Below, piece by piece: positions 16,267 to 24,956 of a stretch of DNA of 44,203 nucleotides. The notes below the pieces were generated by a model, which had not been told where the DNA came from, ran no database searches, and worked only from the letters and a program-made list of their open reading frames with translations. Position numbers and translations under genes: made by a program. Position 1 is the stretch's first letter; every line of letters starts with the position of its first letter. Origin of the DNA: a virus (lineage: Duplodnaviria > Caudoviricetes); IMG/VR virus record IMGVR_UViG_3300036825_000154, positions 1 through 44,203 of that record; one strand, given 5' to 3'.

Positions 16267-16797
16267 ATGGCGATAAGCAAATCTAAACTCAGTGCCGCGA
16301 TGCTGGCGTTGATTGTTGCAGGTGCCTCTGCTCCAGTGATGATGGCGCAGTTTCAGGAAGAGAAAGAAGGGCAGCGGAATATAGCGTATCAGGATGCGGG
16401 GGGAATCTGGACTATCTGCGGTGGCGTGACCGTTGTCGATGGAAAGAAAGTGACCAAGGGTATGTGGCTTACCGCTGAGCAGTGCAAGCGGATTGACGCA
16501 GCGGAACAGAGAAAGGCTCTCGACTGGGTAGACCGCAACGTAAAGGTAACTCTGACCGCGCCGCAAAAAGTCGGTATTGCCTCATTCTGCCCGTGGAACA
16601 TTGGCCCCAGCAAATGCTTCACTTCAACGTTCTACAAAAAACTGAATGCCGACGATCGCCTGGGTGCCTGTGCAGAGATGAAGCGCTGGATTTTTGACGG
16701 TGGTCGAGACTGCCGGATCCGTTCTAACAACTGCTTCGGTCAGGTAGTAAGACGTGATCAGGAATCAGAGCTTGCTTGCTGGGGGCTGGATAAATGA
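16267..16797 (+). CDS. SAR-type GH24 endolysin (start MAISKS)
   Basis: EG...AY.D..GIWTIC.G.T (E-8x-D-5x-T triad); N-terminal SAR-like segment. Confidence 0.92.
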   Translation: MAISKSKLSAAMLALIVAGASAPVMMAQFQEEKEGQRNIAYQDAGGIWTICGGVTVVDGKKVTKGMWLTAEQCKRIDAAEQRKALDWVDRNVKVTLTAPQKVGIASFCPWNIGPSKCFTSTFYKKLNADDRLGACAEMKRWIFDGGRDCRIRSNNCFGQVVRRDQESELACWGLDK

Positions 16798-17321
16798 GCC
16801 GATTAATAGGGGGCATCGTTGCCGTTCTGCTGGTCATCTTCATAGTTCTGGCATGGCTGGCGTTTCACTTTCGCGGTAACGCGGTAGAGGCTAGTAGAAA
16901 GGTTGAACAGCTTCAAAGCGACAACAACCTGCAGACAGCTACGATTGCCACCCAGGCGTTTCATTTCCAGCGTGCCAACGAAATCAGCAACGCGGCGAGC
17001 CAGTATGGCATCAATACCGACGTAGCCACCCAGGGGAAAGACATTGAATACCGAACGATCCTCAAGAATCAGCCGACGTGCGATCTGGCTGTGCCTTCCG
17101 CTATTGCTGGTGGGCTGCTCGACTACACGCGCCGTTTACGTGCCCGCGCAGTGTCAGCCGATACCGGCGACGCTGACTCAACCGGTGCTGGCACCACTAC
17201 CTCCGGCACGCTGACATACTGTCAGGCGGTATTGTGGATTGACCCGCTGCTTGCGGCATTAGACAAGGCGAACAACCAACTGCTGGAGATACGGCGGCTT
17301 GATGAGGGTAGGCAGAAATGA
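16794..17321 (+). CDS. Rz: Rz-like i-spanin
   Basis: N-terminal TM helix plus coiled coil; follows the endolysin. Confidence 0.8.
   Translation: MSRLIGGIVAVLLVIFIVLAWLAFHFRGNAVEASRKVEQLQSDNNLQTATIATQAFHFQRANEISNAASQYGINTDVATQGKDIEYRTILKNQPTCDLAVPSAIAGGLLDYTRRLRARAVSADTGDADSTGAGTTTSGTLTYCQAVLWIDPLLAALDKANNQLLEIRRLDEGRQK
17044..17214 (+). CDS. Rz1: Embedded Rz1-like o-spanin lipoprotein (TTG start; not in ORF track)
   Basis: +1 frame of Rz: MNTERSSRISRRAIWLCLPLLLVG-C-STTRAVYVPAQCQPIPATLTQPVLAPLPPAR; GGGGA SD. Confidence 0.75.
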   Translation: MNTERSSRISRRAIWLCLPLLLVGCSTTRAVYVPAQCQPIPATLTQPVLAPLPPAR

Positions 17322-17635
17322 CTGACATGGATTTTGTGCTGATGTGTCTTGGGCTCGGATTTGCATTGAGAGTTATTTTTATTGGCAAATGTAGTGGTGG
17401 CTGCAAGCGCAACCCGCCGCCTCCTGTCGGACATGTGAGGCCAGCACCGCCACCGTTTCCGCCCAGACCATACTTTTTGGAAAAGGGAGGGCGCAACCCG
17501 CCGCCACCGGAGAACTACATCAAGCCAGCGCCGACCCCAGCACCGCCAGTAACGAGCATGGGTTATCAGCCTCGCTGTTGCTGTGGTGCGCGTGGATGTG
17601 AATGCAGGCGATGCCCACCACCTAAGCAGCCGTGA
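17318..17635 (+). CDS. Pro-rich, Cys-tailed, probably membrane-anchored protein
   Basis: ATGA overlap with Rz; hydrophobic N-terminus; duplicated RNPPPP unit. Confidence 0.55.
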   Translation: MTDMDFVLMCLGLGFALRVIFIGKCSGGCKRNPPPPVGHVRPAPPPFPPRPYFLEKGGRNPPPPENYIKPAPTPAPPVTSMGYQPRCCCGARGCECRRCPPPKQP

Positions 17636-17637
17636 AG

Positions 17638-17674
17638 CATTACAGGTGGCATTCACTGAGTGCCACCGATAATG
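17638..17674. other. Long hairpin (RNase III site or terminator of the convergent moron)
   Basis: CATTAcaGGTGGCATTCA-C-TGAGTGCCACCgaTAATG. Confidence 0.55.
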
Positions 17675-17682
17675 ACTAAGGG

Positions 17683-17874
17683 TTAAGAACCTGCTGACCC
17701 GCCACCAGTAATATTCTCTGGCACGTCGCGCCGTGGGCTATAGAGCGTGTGGTTATCAACAATCCAGCCGTCGTTAATCCATTTAGTGACTTGCTGCGGG
17801 TTTACATCCATATGTCGAGCAAAGGCTGATTTGTTACCTCCAAAATAGGAGGCTATGTAATCAGTTAAAGTCAT
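17683..17874 (-). CDS. Small Cro-like HTH protein
   Basis: FGGNKSAFARHMDVNPQQVTKWI. Confidence 0.75.
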   Translation of the reverse strand: MTLTDYIASYFGGNKSAFARHMDVNPQQVTKWINDGWIVDNHTLYSPRRDVPENITGGGSAGS

Positions 17875-18089
17875 TAGTTGTATCCGTGAATGATATCTTG
17901 AACCTTGCCAAGTAAAATTACATATTCTGCGTCATCTTTGTCGATGCTGGTGAAGTCCCCGCGCTCAATGGTGAAAATCTCGCCATTGAAGTTCACGTTT
18001 TGGGTTTGTTCTTGGTCAACCATGCTTTTGATAGCTTCAGTTTTCTCTGTAGAAACGTCATATGCGATAGTGATAGTAGTCATTGTCAT
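17874..18089 (-). CDS. Small acidic hypothetical protein coupled to the HTH gene
   Basis: GAGGG SD; TAATG stop/start overlap. Confidence 0.65.
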   Translation of the reverse strand: MTMTTITIAYDVSTEKTEAIKSMVDQEQTQNVNFNGEIFTIERGDFTSIDKDDAEYVILLGKVQDIIHGYN

Positions 18090-18126
18090 TCCCTCGTTGA
18101 ATTGGCTATAGCCATGTGTTGGAATT

Positions 18127-18189
18127 AATATAATCAAAAAATGATTATCCAGCAAGACTTATTTAATCAATTTTTGATTATGCTATAAT
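18127..18189. promoter_or_regulatory. Divergent promoters with two palindromic operators
   Basis: ATAATCA-N5-TGATTAT (18130-18148) and TAATCA-N5-TGATTA (18164-18180); minus-strand TTGCTG-17-TATATT; plus-strand extended -10 TGcTATAAT. Confidence 0.7.
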
Positions 18190-18210
18190 CCTCATTAACA
18201 GGAGGATCCC

Positions 18211-18465
18211 ATGTCATACAATCTCGGCAATCTGCCAAAAGAAGAAATGGACAAGGTGAACGTAGACCTTGCAGCGTCAGGCGTAGCATACAAAGAGCGC
18301 ATGAACCAGCCAGTGATAGCTGAGCAGGTAGAGCGAGAGCAGCCTGAGCATCTGCGTGAGTACTTCCGCGAGCGAGTGGCGCATTACCGAGGGGTGAGTA
18401 AAACACTGCCCACCGGATCATCTGCCGTCTATCTGCAAATGGCAGAGGCCAACGGCAAGAAATAA
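18211..18465 (+). CDS. holE: DNA polymerase III theta subunit homologue (HolE/Hot)
   Basis: [29 protein letters not shown]....[15 protein letters not shown]. Confidence 0.92.
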   Translation: MSYNLGNLPKEEMDKVNVDLAASGVAYKERMNQPVIAEQVEREQPEHLREYFRERVAHYRGVSKTLPTGSSAVYLQMAEANGKK

Positions 18466-18468
18466 CAG

Positions 18469-18491
18469 AACCCGCTACGGCGGGTTTTTTT
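18469..18491 (+). terminator. Intrinsic terminator after the theta gene
   Basis: AACCCGC-TACG-GCGGG followed by T7. Confidence 0.85.
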
Positions 18492-18504
18492 ATGGGGGTA
18501 ATTC

Positions 18505-19155
18505 GTGGCTAAACCAGTATTGGAAGAAGTCCATGACCGCCGACCATTCCCACCTCTGCAATTCATAGAATCCCATCAATTAATGCCATACATAGGCCTA
18601 GTTCCTGCTAATGAAGTCCATGATTGGATGCATAGCCAAATCCTGAGTGATACCGGGAGCCTGTATAACCCTGACCATTCTCACTTGATTGATGCTGATG
18701 TGCGCTTTATGTGGGCATCGTCAGCCTTCGAAAAGAAAGGGCGGCACGTACTGGGGCAGGCGGAGGAAGTTGCTATGCGTGCCGGTGGTTGGCAGAAGGC
18801 CAGAATGGAACAGCAGATGCATGAATGGTTTGGCGAGGTGCCGAAGTTCATTATCACGCTGGCGGCTGATTACTGCTCGCAGTGCTCCGATCTGGAGTTC
18901 TGCGCTTTGGTTGAGCATGAGCTTTACCACATTGCCCAAGCTACCGACGAATTCGGAGCACCGAAATTCAACAAAGAAGGCCAGCCGGTGCTGAAGCTGC
19001 GCGGCCACGATGTTGAAGAGTTCGTTGGTGTGGTTCGCCGGTATGGCGCAAGCGTGGAAGTTCAGGAAATGGTTGATGCGGCTAACAAGCCTGCGGAGGT
19101 GGCACAGCTAAACATTGCCAGGGCATGCGGGAATTGCATGCTGCGACTGGCGTAA
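18505..19155 (+). CDS. Putative phage metallopeptidase
   Basis: HELYH (HExxH) and HDVEEF.GVV.RYG. Confidence 0.85.
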   Translation: MAKPVLEEVHDRRPFPPLQFIESHQLMPYIGLVPANEVHDWMHSQILSDTGSLYNPDHSHLIDADVRFMWASSAFEKKGRHVLGQAEEVAMRAGGWQKARMEQQMHEWFGEVPKFIITLAADYCSQCSDLEFCALVEHELYHIAQATDEFGAPKFNKEGQPVLKLRGHDVEEFVGVVRRYGASVEVQEMVDAANKPAEVAQLNIARACGNCMLRLA

Positions 19156-19186
19156 ATTTTGGACAGGTTAGGACGGATGGTGAAAT

Positions 19187-19654
19187 ATGGCTGCACTGAA
19201 ATCAGAGGTAAAAGCCTTCATTATCCAATCACTTGCATCATTTGATTCACCTTCTCAAGTGGTCGACTCTGTCCAAAAAGAGTTTAGCCTAACGGTAACG
19301 CGCCAGCAGGTTGAATCACATGATCCAACAAAGGTTAGCGGCAAAGGTTTAGCAAAAAAATGGGTAGATCTATTTAGTATCACCCGCGAGCGCTTCCAGA
19401 GCGAAATATCAGATATTCCGATAGCCAACAAGGCTTACCGGTTGCGCGTTCTCGACCGCATGGCTGCCAATACCGAGAAAGTAAAGAACTACGGGATGAC
19501 TGCTCAGCTAATGGAGCAGGCGGCTAAAGAGGTTGGTGAAGCCTATAGCAATAAACAAAAGGTAGAGCACACCAGCCCTGACGGGAGCATGACGCCGAGG
19601 CCAACGACAATCAGACTGGTGGGAGTAGAGCCAACTAATGGAAAGTCAGGTTGA
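19187..19654 (+). CDS. Terminase small subunit (DUF2280-like)
   Basis: FIIQSLA.FD.PSQV...RQQVESHDPTK; precedes the large subunit. Confidence 0.85.
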   Translation: MAALKSEVKAFIIQSLASFDSPSQVVDSVQKEFSLTVTRQQVESHDPTKVSGKGLAKKWVDLFSITRERFQSEISDIPIANKAYRLRVLDRMAANTEKVKNYGMTAQLMEQAAKEVGEAYSNKQKVEHTSPDGSMTPRPTTIRLVGVEPTNGKSG

Positions 19655-20951
19655 TCTACAGATCCCCGCAAAACTAGTACCTGTGTTCGCTACTGAGGGG
19701 ATTCGTTATCGCTGTGCTCATGGTGGGCGTGGTTCGGCCAAGACGCGCACGTTTGCACTAATGAGCGCAGTAAAAGCCTACCAGGCAGCAGAGAGCGGGT
19801 TAAGTGGGGTTATTCTCTGCGCACGTGAGTTTATGAACTCTCTGGAAGAGTCATCCATGGAGGAAGTAAAGCAAGCGATCAGGTCGGTGCCTTGGCTCGA
19901 TGACTACTTCGATATTGGTGAAAAGTACATTCGCACCAAAAATCGCAATGTCAGTTATGTGTTCTGCGGTCTGCGCCATAATCTCGACAGCATTAAATCT
20001 AAAGCACGAATTCTGGTGGCTTGGGTAGATGAGGCTGAGTCGGTATCTGCAACAGCCTGGAAGAAACTGAGGCCGACTGTACGTGAAAAAGGCTCAGAAA
20101 TTTGGGTGACATGGAACCCGGAGAAAGACGGTAGCGCTACCGATAAACTTTTCAGGAAGAACCCGCCGAAAAGCTCGATGATTGTCGAGATGAACTTTAG
20201 CGATAATCCTTGGTTTCCTGAGGTGCTTGAAGAGGAGCGCCTTGAAGACCTTGAAAACCTCGATTACGCCGATTACGCATGGATATGGGAAGGCGCTTAT
20301 CTCGAAAACTCCGACAAGCAGGTGCTAGCGAATAAGTATGTCGTCCAAAGCTTTGCTGATGACCTGTGGGAGCAAGCCGAACGACTGCTATATGGTGCTG
20401 ATTTTGGTTTCGCGAAAGACCCGAGCACCCTTATTCGTATGTTCATTTTAAACAGCAATCTGTACATCGAATATGAGGCTTACGGTCACGGTGTCGAGCT
20501 GGATGACATGTGGAAATTCTACGCAGGAATTGATGGCGCTAAACCTAAGCAGATTGAAGACTGGAAGGTCACTGATGAAGCTAAGTTCCCCGGCATACCT
20601 CAGGCGCGAAAATGGCCTATCAAGGCCGACAACTCACGACCTGAAACTATCAGCCACATCAAGGCTCAAGGCTTCAACATCGCGGCAGCTCAGAAATGGG
20701 CTGGTAGTGTTGAGGACGGCATAACCTGCCTCAGAGGCTTTAAGCAGATCATTATCCATCCACGCTGCAAAGAGACGGCGAAAGAGGCACGACTTTACTC
20801 GTACAAGACCGATCGGACTACGGGGGAAGTGTTGCCAGTGATTGAGGATAAAAATAACCACTGCTGGGATGGTGTTCGGTATGGATTAGATGGGTACATC
20901 AAACACAAACCTCAAACCATGGGAATGATGCTCCCTAAACGCCTTCGGTAA
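19638..20951 (+). CDS. terL: Terminase large subunit (PBSX/SPP1-like, headful type)
   Basis: GGRGSAKT Walker A, WVDEA Walker B, ADFG, NH.WD..RY. Confidence 0.95.
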   Translation: MESQVDLQIPAKLVPVFATEGIRYRCAHGGRGSAKTRTFALMSAVKAYQAAESGLSGVILCAREFMNSLEESSMEEVKQAIRSVPWLDDYFDIGEKYIRTKNRNVSYVFCGLRHNLDSIKSKARILVAWVDEAESVSATAWKKLRPTVREKGSEIWVTWNPEKDGSATDKLFRKNPPKSSMIVEMNFSDNPWFPEVLEEERLEDLENLDYADYAWIWEGAYLENSDKQVLANKYVVQSFADDLWEQAERLLYGADFGFAKDPSTLIRMFILNSNLYIEYEAYGHGVELDDMWKFYAGIDGAKPKQIEDWKVTDEAKFPGIPQARKWPIKADNSRPETISHIKAQGFNIAAAQKWAGSVEDGITCLRGFKQIIIHPRCKETAKEARLYSYKTDRTTGEVLPVIEDKNNHCWDGVRYGLDGYIKHKPQTMGMMLPKRLR

Positions 20952-20972
20952 TAACCCCACAACGGAATCAAC

Positions 20973-22301
20973 ATGAATAAAAACCTCCAACTGGCCGTCA
21001 ACCACGCGTTGAACGACGCCAGGATTGAGCGTGCCCGTATGGGGATGCTGGGGCCATCTATGGGCCTGGACAATAAGCGTGGCTCAGCATGGTGTGAATA
21101 CGGATTTCCTGACCAGATTACTTATGACAACCTTTACTCGCTCTATCGTCGCGGTGGTATTGCTCACGGCGCAGTAGAAAAGCTGGTGGGTAAATGCTGG
21201 CAAACCAACCCAGAAATTATTGAGGGTGATAAGTCAGACGAGAAGCGCAAAGAAACGGCCTGGGAGACAAAGCTCAAACAGGTGTTCACTAACCGGTTGT
21301 GGCGAGCCTTTTCTGATGCTGACCGCAGGCGTCTCGTAGGTCGTTACTCAGGCATTCTGTTGCACATCCGCGACGACAAAGCATGGAACCTCGAAGTAAC
21401 GAAAGGTCGTGGCCTCGATAAAGTCACGGTGGCTTGGGCTGGCTCGCTGAATGTTAGCGAATGGGATGGTGGGCTCAACTCGAAAACCTACGGCCAGCCG
21501 AAGATGTGGCAGTACACAGAGAGCCTGTCGAATGGTTCGACCCGCCGTGTTGATATTCATCCTGACCGAATATTTATCCTTGGCGACTACACCGACGACG
21601 CTATTGGCTTCCTGGAGCCTGCGTATAACGCTTTCGTCAGCCTGGAGAAGGTAGAAGGCGGATCTGGCGAGTCATTTCTGAAGAACGCGGCGCGTCAGCT
21701 TGCGCTCAGCTTCGACAAAGAGATCGATTTTGGCAGTCTCGCATTAATGTATGGCGTGAGTGTTGATGAACTGCAGGACAAGTTCAACGAAGCGGCTCGC
21801 GAGATGAATCGCGGCAACGACGTCCTGATGAGTCTTCAGGGGGCAAATGTAACCTCTCTGGTTTCTCCGGTATCAGACCCCAGCCCGACCTATAACGTTA
21901 ACCTGCAGACGGCCTCTGCCGGTGTTGATATCCCGACGCGGATATTGGTAGGTAATCAACAGGCTGAGCGTTCGAGTACTGAAGATCAGAAGTATATGAA
22001 TGGTCGCTGCCAGAGTCGCCGCGGTGATCTGTCATTCGAGATTGAGGACTTCTGCGACAAGCTGATTGACTTGAAAATTATCGATTCAATTGGACTGAAG
22101 ACGGTTATTTGGGATGACCTCAATCAGCAGACACGCGCTGAACGCCTGGCTGACTCCAAAACTATGGCTGAGGTGAACAAGGCGATGGTCGAAAGTGGTG
22201 ATGTGGCCCCATTCAGTGGTGATGAAATTCGAACTGCTGCAGGATTCGAGACGGAAGGCGGTGAACCGCTTGGAGAAACAGGGGATGACGAAGAAACCTA
22301 A
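20973..22301 (+). CDS. Portal protein (DUF1073-like)
   Basis: Position and size; YRRGGIA.GAV, IP..IL.G.Q. Confidence 0.85.
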   Translation: MNKNLQLAVNHALNDARIERARMGMLGPSMGLDNKRGSAWCEYGFPDQITYDNLYSLYRRGGIAHGAVEKLVGKCWQTNPEIIEGDKSDEKRKETAWETKLKQVFTNRLWRAFSDADRRRLVGRYSGILLHIRDDKAWNLEVTKGRGLDKVTVAWAGSLNVSEWDGGLNSKTYGQPKMWQYTESLSNGSTRRVDIHPDRIFILGDYTDDAIGFLEPAYNAFVSLEKVEGGSGESFLKNAARQLALSFDKEIDFGSLALMYGVSVDELQDKFNEAAREMNRGNDVLMSLQGANVTSLVSPVSDPSPTYNVNLQTASAGVDIPTRILVGNQQAERSSTEDQKYMNGRCQSRRGDLSFEIEDFCDKLIDLKIIDSIGLKTVIWDDLNQQTRAERLADSKTMAEVNKAMVESGDVAPFSGDEIRTAAGFETEGGEPLGETGDDEET

Positions 22302-23211
22302 GCCTCCAATACTGCCGAGCAACATCAAAGACCCTACCGGTGTCGATAAGCTTGAACGTGGAGCCATGCGCGAATTTGCAAAGCGAATTAGGCAGATAAC
22401 AAAAGGCTACATTGACATCCTCAACCGCATCCCTTCCGAACCTGTCGTAAACGAACGCTACACATTCCGCCTCGATCAGGGGCTTCTTTCGATGCTGCTG
22501 CAGAACGGCGAAGCCCTGGTGGATGAAATTCTGTTGGAAGGGGGAGAGTTCAACCTCTGGTTCTTTGGGCGTTATGTCTCCGTGGCATATCAGCGTGGCA
22601 CTGCTCAGGAATATTACAACCTTTCCCAGCAATCCTCTGCTTATGCTGCCGGTCAGCAGGATGTTCCCAGCATCCTATTAAGCGAGTCATATCAGCTTCG
22701 CCTGATTCTGGTTAGAGCCCGTGAGTTCGAAGAGATGAAAGGGCTTAGCGCTCAGGTGAAGAGTGACATGGCACGCATCCTGACAGATGGGATCGCCCGA
22801 GGGCTAAATCCGCGTGATGTCGCGAAGAACCTTAACGAGCAAACAGGTATCGAAACCCGGCGTGCTAATCGCATTGCCAGAACAGAAATCACCACAGCTC
22901 TCCGCCGCGCTCGGTGGGATGAAGCGCAAGATGCAAAAGACCGCTACGGCATTAAAACAAAGCTACTGCATATATCCGCGCTGACTCCCACAACCAGAGC
23001 CACTCACGCTGCCAGGCATGCGCATCTATACACGCAAGACGAAGTGAGGGAGTGGTACACGAAGAATGGCAACGCCATCAACTGCAAATGCTCTCAGCTT
23101 TCCGTGCTGGTGGATGAAAAAGGGAACCCTCTCACCCCCTCGGTCATCGACAAAGCCAAGCAGACACTCAGTGACATGAAGGAGAGAGGCTACAAATGGG
23201 CAGAGGGTTAA
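22285..23211 (+). CDS. Head morphogenesis protein (SPP1 gp7 / Mu gpF-like)
   Basis: RA.RIARTE; TR.TH..RH; INCKC. Confidence 0.9.
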   Translation: MTKKPKPPILPSNIKDPTGVDKLERGAMREFAKRIRQITKGYIDILNRIPSEPVVNERYTFRLDQGLLSMLLQNGEALVDEILLEGGEFNLWFFGRYVSVAYQRGTAQEYYNLSQQSSAYAAGQQDVPSILLSESYQLRLILVRAREFEEMKGLSAQVKSDMARILTDGIARGLNPRDVAKNLNEQTGIETRRANRIARTEITTALRRARWDEAQDAKDRYGIKTKLLHISALTPTTRATHAARHAHLYTQDEVREWYTKNGNAINCKCSQLSVLVDEKGNPLTPSVIDKAKQTLSDMKERGYKWAEG

Positions 23212-23214
23212 TCC

Positions 23215-24480
23215 ATGAAAGTTCAAGTTAACGTAACCACGAAGGTAAACAGTCAGGCTATCCGCCGTGAGACGTATAACGGGCGAGAACACCTTATTTT
23301 GCCAAGTTACACGCTACCGGCAAACGTCGTCATGAATGATGGGCTCTATACGGCCAATGAGATCGATGCTCATTACGCAGGCCTGGAAGGCACCCTGGCA
23401 CCGTTAGGGCATCCGCAACTCAATGGCGCGTTCATATCCGCCTTTTCCCCTGAAGGCATTAATCAGGGCCATATCGGCGCATGGAACAGGAACGTTAAGA
23501 AATCAGGCAATCGTATTTACCTGGAAAAATGGGTTGATACCCAGACAGCAAATCAAAGCGAGGGCGGCAGGGAGCTGATCGAGCGTGTCGCCGCTATTGA
23601 GCGAGGAGAAGACGTTCCGCCGATTCATACAAGCGTAGCGGTTTTTCTTGACCAGTTGGAGCCAAACGAGCAGCAGAAGTCTACCGGTGCCAAATGGGTG
23701 GCGAAGATTCACGGCATGGATCACGACGCCATTCTGTTGCATGAGGTGGGCGCTGCGACGCCGGAGCAAGGTGTAGGCCTGATGGTTAACGCTGACCTTG
23801 CTACCCCGCTCAAGGCAAACTCTGGCGCTCTGGTGGGTGAGTCCTATCGAGATCGTGAGCTGAGACTTGATCGGGCAGCTAAAGCCCAATTCGCGCCTGG
23901 TGAAAATGAATATGCGTGGGTGGCTGATTTCACAGATTCGCAAGTCGTAATTATGCGTAACGGCGGTACCGCGCAGGTTTACGGCTATTCCGCTGAAGGC
24001 GGGAAAATCACCTTTGATGCCACCGGAACACCGGTAACACGTCAAGAGTCCTGGGTGGCTATCGTCGCCAACAAAGTTAAATCCTTATTCATTCCGCAGG
24101 GGCAACCTGCACCAAACCACCAAACGGAGGGCGACATGCCTTTAACCACTGAAGAGAAACAAGAGCTGATCACCGAAATCGGCAAAGGCCTGGCTGCCAA
24201 CTTCGCCGATGCGCTCAAGCCGATCACTGAAAAAGTTGATGCACTGCAGTCCAACCATAACCAACTGGCCGAAACACTCACCGCCAACTCCCGCGCTGAA
24301 GAGAAAACCAAGCGTGAAGCTGTTGCGAAGATTCATGGCGACGTCGTAGCCAATGCGCTCAAAGGGGACGCTCTGGACGTAATGTTCAAGTCTCTGGGCG
24401 AATCCGCTCCTCTGGCTGGAAACTCCGGCCAGCAGCAGCAAGAAACCGGTGCGCCTGTTGCCGATACATATTTCAAATAA
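23215..24480 (+). CDS. Prohead protease/scaffold (DUF2213-like)
   Basis: APLGHP, IHTS, DHDAILL.E.GA; low-complexity scaffold tail. Confidence 0.8.
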   Translation: MKVQVNVTTKVNSQAIRRETYNGREHLILPSYTLPANVVMNDGLYTANEIDAHYAGLEGTLAPLGHPQLNGAFISAFSPEGINQGHIGAWNRNVKKSGNRIYLEKWVDTQTANQSEGGRELIERVAAIERGEDVPPIHTSVAVFLDQLEPNEQQKSTGAKWVAKIHGMDHDAILLHEVGAATPEQGVGLMVNADLATPLKANSGALVGESYRDRELRLDRAAKAQFAPGENEYAWVADFTDSQVVIMRNGGTAQVYGYSAEGGKITFDATGTPVTRQESWVAIVANKVKSLFIPQGQPAPNHQTEGDMPLTTEEKQELITEIGKGLAANFADALKPITEKVDALQSNHNQLAETLTANSRAEEKTKREAVAKIHGDVVANALKGDALDVMFKSLGESAPLAGNSGQQQQETGAPVADTYFK

Positions 24481-24492
24481 GAGGGCCAGCCA

Positions 24493-24945
24493 ATGCCACG
24501 TTATCGTCGCGTAAATATCGACGGTCAGTCTCTGTACAAGACCGAAACCCGCACCACTGCTGCGGCACTTCTGCCGGGCACTGCTGCTGTCATCAACGCC
24601 AGCGATGAGTTTGCACAGGCAGCCGCGCTTAAAGGCCGTATCTACATTATCGATGTTGCTTACCATCAGGGGCTGAAAATCACGGATGCTGTCCCTATCG
24701 GTGACTCCGCTGTAGGCAACTACGTGGAAGAAGGCCGCGAGCTGGCTCTACTGTGCGTGCCTGGTGCGTATAAGAAGGACAGCCCGATCAAGCTCGGCGC
24801 GAATGGTCAATTCACTTTAGCGACGGCTGATACTGACTCAGTGATCGGCTACAGCCAGGATGAAGCAACCATTGCAGCCAACACTACCGATTTCATCCGC
24901 GTGCGTATGCGCGTTGGCACCGTCGCAGCAGCGCCTGCACCGTAA
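24493..24945 (+). CDS. Head decoration protein
   Basis: Between scaffold and capsid; about 150 aa, Ala-rich. Confidence 0.65.
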   Translation: MPRYRRVNIDGQSLYKTETRTTAAALLPGTAAVINASDEFAQAAALKGRIYIIDVAYHQGLKITDAVPIGDSAVGNYVEEGRELALLCVPGAYKKDSPIKLGANGQFTLATADTDSVIGYSQDEATIAANTTDFIRVRMRVGTVAAAPAP

Positions 24946-24956
24946 AAGGAAAATAT

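Noticed and set aside
17197-17656. Minus-strand Gly/Arg-rich ORFs
   Set aside because: Antisense shadows of the Pro-rich gene and Rz
20973-22301. Portal family sometimes auto-annotated as anti-CBASS Acb1
   Set aside because: Position and size fit a plain portal; no phosphoesterase extension with HxT motifs seen
23503-24666. Minus-strand ORFs of 180 and 174 aa
   Set aside because: Antisense to well-supported head genes, with no recognisable motifs
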